This document shows, one piece after another, positions 9,491 through 18,730 of a stretch of DNA of 32,000 nt. This DNA is from Pseudomonas aeruginosa. Lineage in GTDB: Bacteria > Pseudomonadota > Gammaproteobacteria > Pseudomonadales > Pseudomonadaceae. A model generated the notes under the pieces. That model did not search any database, was not told the origin of the DNA, and saw only the letters and a list, made by a program, of their open reading frames with translations. Location: assembly GCF_001457615.1 (NCBI RefSeq), contig NZ_LN831024.1:4410001-4442000 (forward strand), read 5' to 3'. Made by a program: the position numbers and the translations under genes. Each line of letters starts with the position of its first letter. Within the stretch, counting starts at the first letter, position 1.

Positions 9491-10636
9491 TCAGCCCGGC
9501 AGGCCGAGGACGCTCTTGGCCAGGATGTTGCGCTGGATTTCGTTGCTGCCGCCGTAGATGGTGGTCGGCCGCGACTGGATGAAGATCCCCGCCGGATGCA
9601 ACTCGGGGTCTTCGGCGAAGGGCTGCAGCAGGGCCGAATCCTCCCCGGCGACCTCCAGGCCCAGCTCGCTGATGCGCTGGAACAGTTCGGACTGGAAGAT
9701 CTTCAGCATGGATACCTCCGGGCCGAGGCTCTCCCCACGCCGCAGGCGTTCGGCGAAACGCTCGTAGAGCGCCTTGTGGCTGTCCAGGTCCATGCTCAGC
9801 GCGGCGAAGCGGCGCACGAACAGAGGGTCGTGCCACAGTCCCAGGTGCCGGGCCAGGCGCTCCAGGCGCTGGAGAGCGAAGGTGGACTGCTTGGGCGAAC
9901 CGAGGAAGATCCGCTCGAAACCGAGCAGCGCCTTGGCCATGCTCCAACCCTGGTTGATTCCGCCGACCAGGCTGTCGTAGGGCACCCGCACGTCGTTGAA
10001 AAACACTTCGCAGAACTCGCCGTGCAGCTCCAGGTTGAGGATCGGCCGCACCTCGATGCCCGGGCTGTCCATCGGCACCAGCAGGAAGCTGATGCCGTGC
10101 TGCGCCTTGGCGCTGCGCTCGGTGCGGACCAGCAGGAAGATCCAGTTGGCCTCCGAGCCCATGGTGGTCCAGGTCTTCTGTCCGTTGATCACCCACTCGC
10201 CGTTTTCCAGGCGCGCCTCGGTGCGCAGGCTGGCCAGGTCGGAGCCGGCGTTGGGCTCGCTGTAGCCCTGGCACCAGATGTCTTCGCCGCTGAGAATGCG
10301 CGGCAGGAAGCGCGCCCGTTGCGCCTCGTCGCCATAGCGGATCAACAATGGGCCGAGCATGGTCACGCCGCTGTCGGGCAGGCGCGCGCAGCCGTACTCC
10401 TCCATTTCCTCCATCATGATCAGTTGCTTGCCGGCGCTCAGCCCCATGCCGCCGTACTCCCTGGGCCAGCCGGGACACAGCCAGCCCTGGCGCGACAACA
10501 GCAGGTACCACTCGCGGGTTTCCTCGCGCCCCAGGCGACGGGGCGGATTGCGGATGCGCTGCGGATAGTTGGCGGCGATCCACTCACGGACCATCAGGCG
10601 AAAGGCGTTGTCATCGAGACTGTCGTAGTCGCTCAT
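9491..10636 (-). CDS. Acyl-CoA dehydrogenase (full-length subunit type)
   Basis: GWLCPGWPREYGGMGLS, WCQGYSEPNAGSDLASLRTEA, RPTTIYGGSNEIQRNILAK. Confidence 0.9.
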   Translation of the reverse strand: MSDYDSLDDNAFRLMVREWIAANYPQRIRNPPRRLGREETREWYLLLSRQGWLCPGWPREYGGMGLSAGKQLIMMEEMEEYGCARLPDSGVTMLGPLLIRYGDEAQRARFLPRILSGEDIWCQGYSEPNAGSDLASLRTEARLENGEWVINGQKTWTTMGSEANWIFLLVRTERSAKAQHGISFLLVPMDSPGIEVRPILNLELHGEFCEVFFNDVRVPYDSLVGGINQGWSMAKALLGFERIFLGSPKQSTFALQRLERLARHLGLWHDPLFVRRFAALSMDLDSHKALYERFAERLRRGESLGPEVSMLKIFQSELFQRISELGLEVAGEDSALLQPFAEDPELHPAGIFIQSRPTTIYGGSNEIQRNILAKSVLGLPG

Positions 10637-10637
10637 C

Positions 10638-11399
10638 TCAGTTTCCTCTGAATACGGGGGGACGCTTGGCGAGAAAGGCCGCCTTGCCCTCGGCGTGGTC
10701 GGCGCTGAGAAACAACTGGCTCTGCAACTCGCCCTCCCGCTCCAGCAATAGGTCAAGGCCCTCGGCGAGCAACGCCTTGGTCATCGCCAGGGGCAACGGC
10801 GCCTGCTGCTCCACCCGCCCGGCCAGCTCCAGCGCCATCGCCAAGGCGCCGCCAGCGGCGCAGAGGCGGTCCGCCAGGCCGATGCGCAGTGCCTCCTCGG
10901 CCTCTACCACCTGGCCGAACATCAGGATCTGCCGTGCCCGCCCCCAACCGATGCGCGCCGGCAAGGTATGCAACTGGCCGAGGTCGGCGAGCAGCCCGAC
11001 CTTGCCGAAGCCGGCGGCGAAGCGGGCGCCGGCGCCGCAAACGATGCTGTCGCAGGCCAGCGCCACGGACAGCCCGGCCCCCACCGCCCAGCCCTCGACC
11101 GCGGCGATCAGCGGCTTGCCCATGCGCACCATCTGCCGCACCAGCCGCGCGTTGTCCTGCATTCGCGCCCTGCCGGCGGCCAACTCGGTCACCCGCATGT
11201 CGCCCAGGTCGCCGCCGGCGCAGAACACCTCTTCGCCACCGGTCAGCAGCACGCTGCGGATCGATGGGTCGCATTCGGCCGCCTCCAGGGCCCGCAGCAA
11301 TTCCATGCGCAGCGCCGGCGACAGTGCGTTGCGCCGGGCCGGGTTGTCGAAGCGCAACAGGCGCACCGTGCCGCGCGTTTCCTGCAACAAACCGCTCAT
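10638..11399 (-). CDS. Enoyl-CoA hydratase/isomerase (crotonase family)
   Basis: LRFDNPARRNALSPALRMELL, EEVFCAGGDLGDM, KPLIAAVEGWAVGAGLSVALACDSIV. The start abuts the stop of the upstream gene. Confidence 0.9.
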   Translation of the reverse strand: MSGLLQETRGTVRLLRFDNPARRNALSPALRMELLRALEAAECDPSIRSVLLTGGEEVFCAGGDLGDMRVTELAAGRARMQDNARLVRQMVRMGKPLIAAVEGWAVGAGLSVALACDSIVCGAGARFAAGFGKVGLLADLGQLHTLPARIGWGRARQILMFGQVVEAEEALRIGLADRLCAAGGALAMALELAGRVEQQAPLPLAMTKALLAEGLDLLLEREGELQSQLFLSADHAEGKAAFLAKRPPVFRGN

Positions 11400-12463
11400 C
11401 AGGCCACCTCCCGCTGTAGCAGCGCGGCGTAGCGCGCCTTGTGGAACGCCAGCGAGCCGTGGGCATTGAGCAGTACCATGGCGCGGCGCAGGAACAGGCC
11501 GATGTCCGCCTCGTCGGTGTAGCCGATGCCGCCGTGCAACTGGATGGCCTGGCGGGTCACCAGCAGAGCCGCTTCCGAGGCCCGTACCCGTGCGCTGGAA
11601 ACCTGCCGCTGGCGCTCGCTTTCCGACGCCCCGGCATCGATCGCGGCGGCGGCCTGCTCGACCATGGCGCGCGACAGTTCGATCTGGATCCTCAGGTCGA
11701 CCATGCGGTGCTGCAGCGCCTGGAAACTACCGATCTCGCGGCCGAACTGGCGACGTACCTTGAGGTACTCCAGGGTTCGCTCGAAGGCGCCATCCATCAG
11801 TCCGACCAGATAGGCCGCGCAGGCCAGCGCTGCCTCGTCCAGAACCTGTTCCGTTACCTCGCCGGACAACCACCGTGCCGGCGCATCGCGGAAACGCAGG
11901 CGCGCCAGGTGAGCGCCATCCTGGGTCGCCTCGCAGAGCAGTTCCACGCCATCGGCATCGCGCTCGACCAGCGCCAGGCCCTGCTCGCAGGCCACCAGCC
12001 AGGCATCGGCGGCGCCAGCCAGATGTACGTGAGCGACTTCGCCGTGCAGCCGCCCTTGCTGCATACGAGGGCGCCGCCGCCCATCGCGGTAGGCGATGCC
12101 CGCCGGCAGGACCAGCCGCTCAGCGGCCAGCAACGCAACGCGCTCGTCTTCCGGCAGCAGCGGCGCCACCAGCCCGGCCTCGATCAGCGGCTCGGGCAGC
12201 AGGCCGCGCCCCAGCGCCTCCAGCAACGCCGCGTATTCGCTCATGCCCAGGCCGCTGCCGCCCAACGCTTCATCCAGGCGCAGCGCCGGCCAGCCCATGG
12301 CGCAGACCTCGCGCCAGGCCTGGCGGTCCACCCCGCTACCGGTGAAACGACCGCGGCGCACGCGGCTCAGGTCGCCGTCGCGCGGCACCAGCGAAGCCGC
12401 GCTGTCGCGGATCATCCGCAGACGCTGCTCGCGCTCGCCGGCCCACTCGTCTTGCTCACTCAT
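11399..12463 (-). CDS. Acyl-CoA dehydrogenase-family protein (probable heteromeric partner subunit)
   Basis: Conserved GRGLLPEPL, RRQFGREIGSFQALQHRMVDL and IQLHGGIGYTDEADIGLFLRRA, with a shortened, divergent middle region. SD CAGGAGGG upstream of ATG 12463. Confidence 0.85.
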   Translation of the reverse strand: MSEQDEWAGEREQRLRMIRDSAASLVPRDGDLSRVRRGRFTGSGVDRQAWREVCAMGWPALRLDEALGGSGLGMSEYAALLEALGRGLLPEPLIEAGLVAPLLPEDERVALLAAERLVLPAGIAYRDGRRRPRMQQGRLHGEVAHVHLAGAADAWLVACEQGLALVERDADGVELLCEATQDGAHLARLRFRDAPARWLSGEVTEQVLDEAALACAAYLVGLMDGAFERTLEYLKVRRQFGREIGSFQALQHRMVDLRIQIELSRAMVEQAAAAIDAGASESERQRQVSSARVRASEAALLVTRQAIQLHGGIGYTDEADIGLFLRRAMVLLNAHGSLAFHKARYAALLQREVA

Positions 12464-12603
12464 CTGTTCGCCCTCCTGTCGATACGCCGACCGCCCGTCC
12501 GTCATCTGCACGGGCGGCGCCGGCTTGTCCGCGCGGAGCGACCGCGCAGGCCGTGGTCCGGACGCGCGACGGATGGCTCCGCTGCCGCGCCGCCGGAACT
12601 CCG

Positions 12604-13011
12604 CTACGGCTTAGCCGCGCGGTACCTGAAGCTGCCCGAGGCCATGGCGATGACCTCGCCGCCCTCGTTGCAGATTTCCGCCGTGCAGAAGCAGATCGTG
12701 CGGGTCCGCCGCACCACCCTGCCAACCGCACGAAGCTCGCCGCGGGCGCTACCCATGAAGTGGGTAGCCATGTCGATGGTCACCATCGAGCAGTCCGGCA
12801 GGCAGGCACGGATCGCCTGGGCCATGGCGGCGTCCAGCACCGACATCAACACCCCGCCATGGAACTGTTGCAGGTAGTTCATCAGTTCCGGGCGATGCCC
12901 CAGGCGCACCCGCGCCACCCCGTCGGCATCGGTCCAGCGCTCGAGGCCGATGAACTCCTGGAAGCTGGCGGGCCGCTGCTCCGCCGCTGGCTGTCGTGGA
13001 AAAGAACTCAT
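12604..13011 (-). CDS. PaaI/hotdog-fold thioesterase
   Basis: MNYLQQFHGGVLMSVLDAAMAQAIRACLPDCSMVTIDMATHFMGSARG is the hotdog signature. True start is ATG 13011; the rest of the 697-aa track ORF runs antiframe through the MFS gene. Confidence 0.85.
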   Translation of the reverse strand: MSSFPRQPAAEQRPASFQEFIGLERWTDADGVARVRLGHRPELMNYLQQFHGGVLMSVLDAAMAQAIRACLPDCSMVTIDMATHFMGSARGELRAVGRVVRRTRTICFCTAEICNEGGEVIAMASGSFRYRAAKP

Positions 13012-13034
13012 GGATGTGCACTCCTGCCGCAGGA

Positions 13035-14390
13035 TCAGGCCTTGGCCGCGCGCCGCTCGGCGGTATCCCCGGCACTGCCCGGCGCTTGCCGTCGGGAAGC
13101 GCTCTCGGCATCGCGGGACTCGCGGTTCGGGTCGTAGAGCCGGTCCGCAATGAACAGCGCCGGGATCAGCCCGGTGAGCACGTAGGTGATGCCCATCACC
13201 AGGAAACCCGCGCCGATCGACACGTGGGTGGCCAGCAGGCCGATGCCGGCGGGCGCCACCGCCGCGCCGATACGACCCAGGTTGTAGGCGGTGCCCACCG
13301 CCGAGCCGCGGACGCGGGTGGAGAAGCTCTCGGTCATGTAGGTGGCCAGCACCCCGACCGGAACGCCGTAGATGAAGCCGAAGGTGATGAGGATCCAGAG
13401 GATGTTGGAGGGCGAGTGGTAGAACACGATCAACGGCATGAAGGCGGCGCTGCCGATGGCCCCGGCGGCGAAGGTCAGGCGCCGGCCGAAGAGATCGGCG
13501 CAGACGCCGGCGGCGACCTTGCCGAGGATCATCGCGCTGTAGGTGCCGACCATGTAGCCGGTCATCGACTTGAAGTTCATCCCCAACTCGCTCTCCAGGT
13601 AGGACGGCATCCAGTTGTTGGTGCCGTAGTAGCCGAACAGCAGGAAGCAGGAGGTGAGGCTCCAGAGCAGGAACATGCCGCGCGTTTCCGGATCGCCCAG
13701 CATCCGTCCCAGCGGGCCGGCGCCGCCAGCCTCGGCGTGGCTCTGCGGAGCCGCGCCGGGACGCTGGCGCCCGGCCTGGGCCGCGAGCCAGGACGGCGAC
13801 TCCGGCACCCAGGGCCGCAGGGCCAGGCAGACCAGCGCCGGCGCCACGGCGGTGAAGAACAAGGCGCGCCAGCCGAACTCGGGGATGATCTGCCCCGCCA
13901 GCAGGGTCGCCACCAGGTAGCCCACGGTCCAGCCGGCCTGCATGGCGGCGAGGATGGTGGTGCGGTACCTGGTTCCGACGCACTCGGACATCAGGATGTT
14001 GCAGGCGACGAACAGCGAGCCGAGGCCGAGCGAGGCGACGAAGCGGATCAGCGCGAACTGCCAGTAGTTCTGGGTCAGCCCCAGCAACGCGGTACCGATG
14101 GAGAACAGCACGATGGTCCAGGTCACCACTCGCACCCGGCCGAAGCGGTCGCAGCACCAGCCGCCATAGATGCCGCCGACGGCCATGCCGGCGAGAGTCA
14201 GGCTGCCGAGGGAGCCGGCTTCGAAGTTGCTCAGGCCGAATTCGGCCTTCAGGCTGTTGAGGCTGTAGGCCAGGAACATCAGGTCGACGCCGTCGGCGAG
14301 CAGGCCGAGGAAGCAGAAGACGAAGGCGATCAGCATGGTGCGCCGGGAAATGGCCGGCGCCGGGTTCGGGGAAAGCGCGGTTGCATTCAT
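13035..14390 (-). CDS. mucK: MFS transporter, aromatic acid:H+ symporter family (MucK-like, PA1019-like)
   Basis: FLGLLADGVDLMFLAYSLNSLKAEFGLSNFEAGSLGSLTLAGMAVGGIYGGWCCDRFGRVRV (MFS signature) and about 12 hydrophobic segments. Confidence 0.8.
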   Translation of the reverse strand: MNATALSPNPAPAISRRTMLIAFVFCFLGLLADGVDLMFLAYSLNSLKAEFGLSNFEAGSLGSLTLAGMAVGGIYGGWCCDRFGRVRVVTWTIVLFSIGTALLGLTQNYWQFALIRFVASLGLGSLFVACNILMSECVGTRYRTTILAAMQAGWTVGYLVATLLAGQIIPEFGWRALFFTAVAPALVCLALRPWVPESPSWLAAQAGRQRPGAAPQSHAEAGGAGPLGRMLGDPETRGMFLLWSLTSCFLLFGYYGTNNWMPSYLESELGMNFKSMTGYMVGTYSAMILGKVAAGVCADLFGRRLTFAAGAIGSAAFMPLIVFYHSPSNILWILITFGFIYGVPVGVLATYMTESFSTRVRGSAVGTAYNLGRIGAAVAPAGIGLLATHVSIGAGFLVMGITYVLTGLIPALFIADRLYDPNRESRDAESASRRQAPGSAGDTAERRAAKA

Positions 14391-14471
14391 TATTCTTGTT
14401 CTCGCAAGCAGGATTTCGGTTGATCTTCACGGCAGCCCGACGGTCGTTCCCTCGCGCCGCCGCCCTTCGCT

Positions 14472-15338
14472 TCAGTCCGGCCGCTCTGGCGGCGGACCTA
14501 CCCGGCCGTTGTCCAGCACCACCACATCGCGCTCGACGACGCGAGTGCGGAACGAGCCGTCGCTCCACATCTCGGTACGCAAGGTCTCGCCGGGAAACAC
14601 CGGAGCCGAGAAACGCACCTGCAGATGTCCCAGTTGCCCCGCGCGGTAGTCGGCGAGCCCGCGCAACACCGCGTGGAATGCCACGCCGAGGGTGCACAGG
14701 CCATGCAGGATCGGCCGCGGGAAGCCGGCCCGCAGCGCTGCCGCGGGCTCCGCGTGGAGCGGGTTGTCGTCGCCGTTGAGGCGGTAGTACAGGGCCTGCT
14801 CCGGACGGGTCGGCAGGTCGAGTCGCAGGTCGGGTGTCCGTTCAGGCAAGCGATGCGGCGTTTCCGGCACCTGCCGGGAACCACCGAAGCCGCCGTCGCC
14901 GCGAAGGAAGGTGGTGCTGCGGGCGACAGCCAGCACCTCGCCGCTGAGCGCGTCGCTGAGCACCTTCTCGCTGTAGAGCAGCGCGCCCTTGTCGGCGCCC
15001 TTGTCTACCAGACCGGTGACCCGGGTCCGGCCGATCACCTCGCCTTCCGCCGGCAACGGCCGCCGCCACTCCAGGCGCTGCTCGCCGTGAACCAGGCGCA
15101 GCGCGTCCACGCCAGTCGCCGGATTGCCCAGCCAGAAGCCCGGATGACCGAGCACCAGGGCCATGCACGGCAATGCCTGGAGATCGCGGCACGGATCGAC
15201 GTAGGCCAGTTGGCGCTCGTCCAGCGGGTCGCCGCCCAGACCGAGGCTCAATGCGTAGAAGGCGCTGTCGCGCCGGCTGTAGCGCTGGCGTACTTCGGGG
15301 ATCGGGTAGTTCAGGAGCACCTCAGGATCGAGCGCCAT
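14472..15338 (-). CDS. MaoC/hydratase-2-type double hotdog dehydratase (MFE-2 hydratase-like)
   Basis: FYALSLGLGGDPLDERQLAYV near the N-terminus and hydratase-2 motif YYRLNGDDNPLHAEPAAALRAGFPRPILHGLCTLG. Start ATG 15338. Confidence 0.88.
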   Translation of the reverse strand: MALDPEVLLNYPIPEVRQRYSRRDSAFYALSLGLGGDPLDERQLAYVDPCRDLQALPCMALVLGHPGFWLGNPATGVDALRLVHGEQRLEWRRPLPAEGEVIGRTRVTGLVDKGADKGALLYSEKVLSDALSGEVLAVARSTTFLRGDGGFGGSRQVPETPHRLPERTPDLRLDLPTRPEQALYYRLNGDDNPLHAEPAAALRAGFPRPILHGLCTLGVAFHAVLRGLADYRAGQLGHLQVRFSAPVFPGETLRTEMWSDGSFRTRVVERDVVVLDNGRVGPPPERPD

Positions 15339-17469
15339 CGGCCACCTCCTCGACTTCCAACACCGCATCCACCGCCCAGGCGCCCTGGCCCTCCGGCAAG
15401 GCGATGACCGGGTTGAGGTCCACCGAGCGCAAGCGCTCTCCCGCCTCCCAGGCGAACCGCGAGAGATTCGACAGCAGCCGTGCCAGCGCCGCGACGTCGG
15501 CCCGCGGCCGGCCACGCGCGCCGAACAGGAGCGGCGCGCCTCTGATGCTACGGATCATCGCCTCGGCTTCGTCGACCTCGAACGGGCAGCGGCGGAACAC
15601 CACGTCCTGCAGCACTTCGACGAAGATCCCGCCCAGGCCGAACAACGCCACCGGGCCGAACAGCGGATCGCGCTGGATCCCCATGAAGCACTCCACCCCG
15701 CCCTGCAGTTGGCGCGCCACCAGGACGCCATCGAGACGCGCCTGCGGCGCCTTCTCGGCGGCCCGGCGCAGGAGCAGTTGGAAACCGGCGCGTACCGCGT
15801 CCGCATCGCTTACGCCAAGCAGCACGCCGCCGATTTCCGACTTGTGCTGGATGTCCGCCGAGGCGAGCTTCAGCACCACCGGGTATCCGATGCCCTCGGC
15901 GAAGGCAACCGCCTCTTCGGCACTGCCCAGCACCGCCTCGGCGGCGGACTCGATACCGGCGCGCGCCAGCAGGCGCTTGGCCTCGGCTTCGCCGGGCGTG
16001 GAGGCGGGCAACTGTAGCCCGCCGGCAGGCCGGCGCAGGCGCAACGGCCGGGCGAAGGCTTCGCCGAGCCGCCCCATGGCCTGGATCGCCACTACCGCCC
16101 GGGTGGGGTCTTCGAACAGTGCGAAGCCGGCCTCCTCGTAGGGTGCCAGCTCCTCCCCCTCGCCCATCACCGAGACCACGAACAGACGCTCGGGATAAGC
16201 CTCCTTGATCCGCCGGAACTGCTCGGCCAGACGCGCGCCGATGGAGGCGGCGGTGCCGGCCTGGGTGAAGAAGGCGAGCAGCGAACGGTAGCCACCGTCG
16301 ACCACCATCGACTCGGTAAAGTCGCGCACCAGCGTCAGGTCGTTCAGGGCCTGCGCGGTGTAGTCCACCGGGTTGATCGGCGAAGCGAAGGACAGCCGTG
16401 CCTTCAGCCGCTCCTGGGCCATGTCCGGCATCGGCGGCATCGGCAGGCCGACTTCCTCGGCGACATCGCTGACGATGATCCCGGCGCCGCCGCTGACGGT
16501 GATCATGCCGAGGCTGTTGCCCACCGGATAGATACGCCGGGTGGCGAGGTAGGCGATGTCCATCAGTTCCTCGGTGGTCCTGGCGCGGATCACCGCATAG
16601 TCGCCCAGCACGGCGTCCAGCACCTTGTCGTCGCCGGCCAGCGAAGCGGTGTGGGACAGCGCCGCGCGGCTACCCAGGGCGCTGCGCCCGACCTTGTGCA
16701 GGATCACCGGCTTGCCGGCGCGATGCGCGGCCTCCAGGGCGGCGAGGAAGCTGTCGACGTTGCGGATGGATTCGGCGTAGGCCATCACCACGTCGATCTC
16801 CGGCGACTCCACCAGCCAGCCGATGCTGTCGCCCAGGGTGACGTCGGCCTCGTTACCGGTGGCCACGCAGATAGGGGTTCCCAGGCGGCACTGGCGCGCC
16901 ATGCCGAGCAGGTGCGCGCCGTAGGCACCGGACTGGGTGGCGATGCCTACCCGGCCGGGCAGCGGTACGCCACGTTCCAGGCTGGTGGAGAAGAACGCGT
17001 AATAACCCAGGTTACTGTTGAACGCACCGAGCGCATTCGGACCGAGCAGGCGCATACCGTGCTCGCGGGCAGCGGCTACCACCGCATCCTGCATCGCCGC
17101 GCCGGCCTCGCCGACCTCGCTGAATCCGGAAGAGAACACGATGGCACTGCGCGCCCCCTGGCGGCCCAGCGCCCGGACGGTCTCCAGCACCTGAGGCGCA
17201 GGCACCGCGACAATGGCCACGTCCGGTGCCTGCGGCAGCTCCGCAACGCTGGCGAAGGCCGGCAGCCCCTGGATTTCAGCACGATTCGGATTGACCGGGA
17301 GGATTTGCCCGGCATAGCCATGGCGCAGCATGTAGGCGATGGGACGGCCACCGATGCGGGTCGGGTCGCTGGAAGCGCCGATCACCGCGACCGAGCGTGG
17401 TTCGATCAATGGAGTAAGACTGGCGAAACGGGGAGCGTCGATGAGCTGTTGCGAGTGGTTCGCTGACAT
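15322..17469 (-). CDS. NDP-forming (ADP-forming type) acyl-CoA synthetase, CoA-binding plus ATP-grasp domains (PA1017-like)
   Basis: SLTPLIEPRSVAVIGASSDPTRIGGRPIAYM (CoA-binding) and GYPVVLKLASADIQHKSEIGGVLLGVSD (ATP-grasp). Overlaps the downstream hydratase start by 17 nt. Confidence 0.9.
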   Translation of the reverse strand: MSANHSQQLIDAPRFASLTPLIEPRSVAVIGASSDPTRIGGRPIAYMLRHGYAGQILPVNPNRAEIQGLPAFASVAELPQAPDVAIVAVPAPQVLETVRALGRQGARSAIVFSSGFSEVGEAGAAMQDAVVAAAREHGMRLLGPNALGAFNSNLGYYAFFSTSLERGVPLPGRVGIATQSGAYGAHLLGMARQCRLGTPICVATGNEADVTLGDSIGWLVESPEIDVVMAYAESIRNVDSFLAALEAAHRAGKPVILHKVGRSALGSRAALSHTASLAGDDKVLDAVLGDYAVIRARTTEELMDIAYLATRRIYPVGNSLGMITVSGGAGIIVSDVAEEVGLPMPPMPDMAQERLKARLSFASPINPVDYTAQALNDLTLVRDFTESMVVDGGYRSLLAFFTQAGTAASIGARLAEQFRRIKEAYPERLFVVSVMGEGEELAPYEEAGFALFEDPTRAVVAIQAMGRLGEAFARPLRLRRPAGGLQLPASTPGEAEAKRLLARAGIESAAEAVLGSAEEAVAFAEGIGYPVVLKLASADIQHKSEIGGVLLGVSDADAVRAGFQLLLRRAAEKAPQARLDGVLVARQLQGGVECFMGIQRDPLFGPVALFGLGGIFVEVLQDVVFRRCPFEVDEAEAMIRSIRGAPLLFGARGRPRADVAALARLLSNLSRFAWEAGERLRSVDLNPVIALPEGQGAWAVDAVLEVEEVADGARS

Positions 17470-17578
17470 GGGTTCACCTGATCCGTTTGTCTGTGGCCGG
17501 CACGACAACCTTCTCGCGGGCGAGCGCGCCCGCGGGACGCCGCCACGGCAGCGCCCGGAAGGCCTGTCGGCCAGGGGT

Positions 17579-18730
17579 CTAGAGCGTGTCGCCGGTGCCG
17601 AGCAACGCGGTTACCTGGCTGGACAGCGTGCCGCCGTTGCCGTGCAGCAACGCCACGTCGGCCTTGGCCAACTGCCGCTCGCCGGCCTGGCGGCGGAGCT
17701 GGGTCACCGCCTCGATGATCAGGAACATCCCGTACATCCCCGGATGCACGCAGGACAGCCCGCCACCGTTGGTGTTCACCGCCAGCTCGCCGCCGGGCGC
17801 GATGCGTCCGCCCTGGACGAATGGGCCGCCCTCGCCCTTGGCGCAGAAACCCAGGTCCTCGAGGAACAGCAGGGTGTTGATGGTAAAGGCGTCGTAGAGC
17901 ATCACCAGGTCGATGTCGGCGTGCCGCACACCGGCCATCTGCATGGCTCGCGGAGCGCTTTCCGAGGCCGCCGTCACGGTGAGGTCGGGCATCGACACGA
18001 TCGAGCGATGCCACTGCGCTCCGGCCGCGCCAAGGAAGTACACCGGCGCATTGGGCAAGTCGCGGGCGCGCTCGGCGCGCACTACCACGCAGGCGCCACC
18101 GCCGTCGGTGACCAGGCAGCAGTCGGCGGCACTCAGCGGGTCGCTGACCATCCGCGCGGCAAGGACGTCATCGACGCTCAACGGCCCGCGGGCGAACGCC
18201 TCGGGATTCAGGTTGGCCCATTGCCGGGCAGAGACCGCCACCTCGGCGAGCTGCTCGCGTGTGGTGCCGTACTGGTGCATGTGCCGGCTGGCCGCCAGGG
18301 CATAGGCGGTGATCGGGTGGCGCGGCTTGTAGGGCGTCTCGTGCCATTGTGGCTCGCTCATCGATACCAGGCGGCCGCCGGCGGTTCGCTGGTTGGAGCC
18401 GTAGCAGATCAGCGCAGCGTCGCAGAGACCGGCCTCCAGTGCCAAAGTGGCCTGCAGCAGGTGCAGCTCGAAACTGGAGCCGCCGATATTGGTGCCATCC
18501 ACGAATTTCGGGCGGATGCCGAGGTATTCGGCGACCGACAAGGTGGGAAAGGCATGGGAGCTGGTGGCGGCGAAGATCGCGTCGATGTCGGAAAGCTTCA
18601 GGCCGGCATCGGCAATGGCCCTGAGCGACGCCTGGCCGAGCAGTTCGATGGCGCTGTAGCCCGGCGCCTCGCCGACGCCGGCGCTACCGATGCCGACGAT
18701 GGCGGTCTTGCCACGGATGGCTGCGTTCAT
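17579..18730 (-). CDS. Thiolase-like / SCP-x-type protein lacking canonical catalytic cysteines (PA1016-like)
   Basis: MNAAIRGKTAIVGIGSAGVGEAPGYSAIELLGQASLRAIADAGLKLSDIDAIF...; the nucleophile region reads TNIGGSSFELH and the second-Cys region reads LLHGNGGTLSS. Confidence 0.88.
   Translation of the reverse strand: MNAAIRGKTAIVGIGSAGVGEAPGYSAIELLGQASLRAIADAGLKLSDIDAIFAATSSHAFPTLSVAEYLGIRPKFVDGTNIGGSSFELHLLQATLALEAGLCDAALICYGSNQRTAGGRLVSMSEPQWHETPYKPRHPITAYALAASRHMHQYGTTREQLAEVAVSARQWANLNPEAFARGPLSVDDVLAARMVSDPLSAADCCLVTDGGGACVVVRAERARDLPNAPVYFLGAAGAQWHRSIVSMPDLTVTAASESAPRAMQMAGVRHADIDLVMLYDAFTINTLLFLEDLGFCAKGEGGPFVQGGRIAPGGELAVNTNGGGLSCVHPGMYGMFLIIEAVTQLRRQAGERQLAKADVALLHGNGGTLSSQVTALLGTGDTL

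Noticed and set aside
8957-10651. 564-aa plus-strand ORF antisense to SDR/ACAD
   Set aside because: Antisense shadow of strongly supported enzymes; no motifs or promoter evidence.
11441-14423. Long plus-strand ORFs (478 aa and 475 aa) opposite ACAD, thioesterase and MFS genes
   Set aside because: Compositional artefacts of GC-rich third positions; they cross several genuine gene boundaries.
13012-14697. N-terminal ~560 residues of the 697-aa minus-strand ORF (12604-14697)
   Set aside because: Out-of-frame reading through the MFS transporter; only the C-terminal 135 aa from ATG 13011 is a real hotdog thioesterase.
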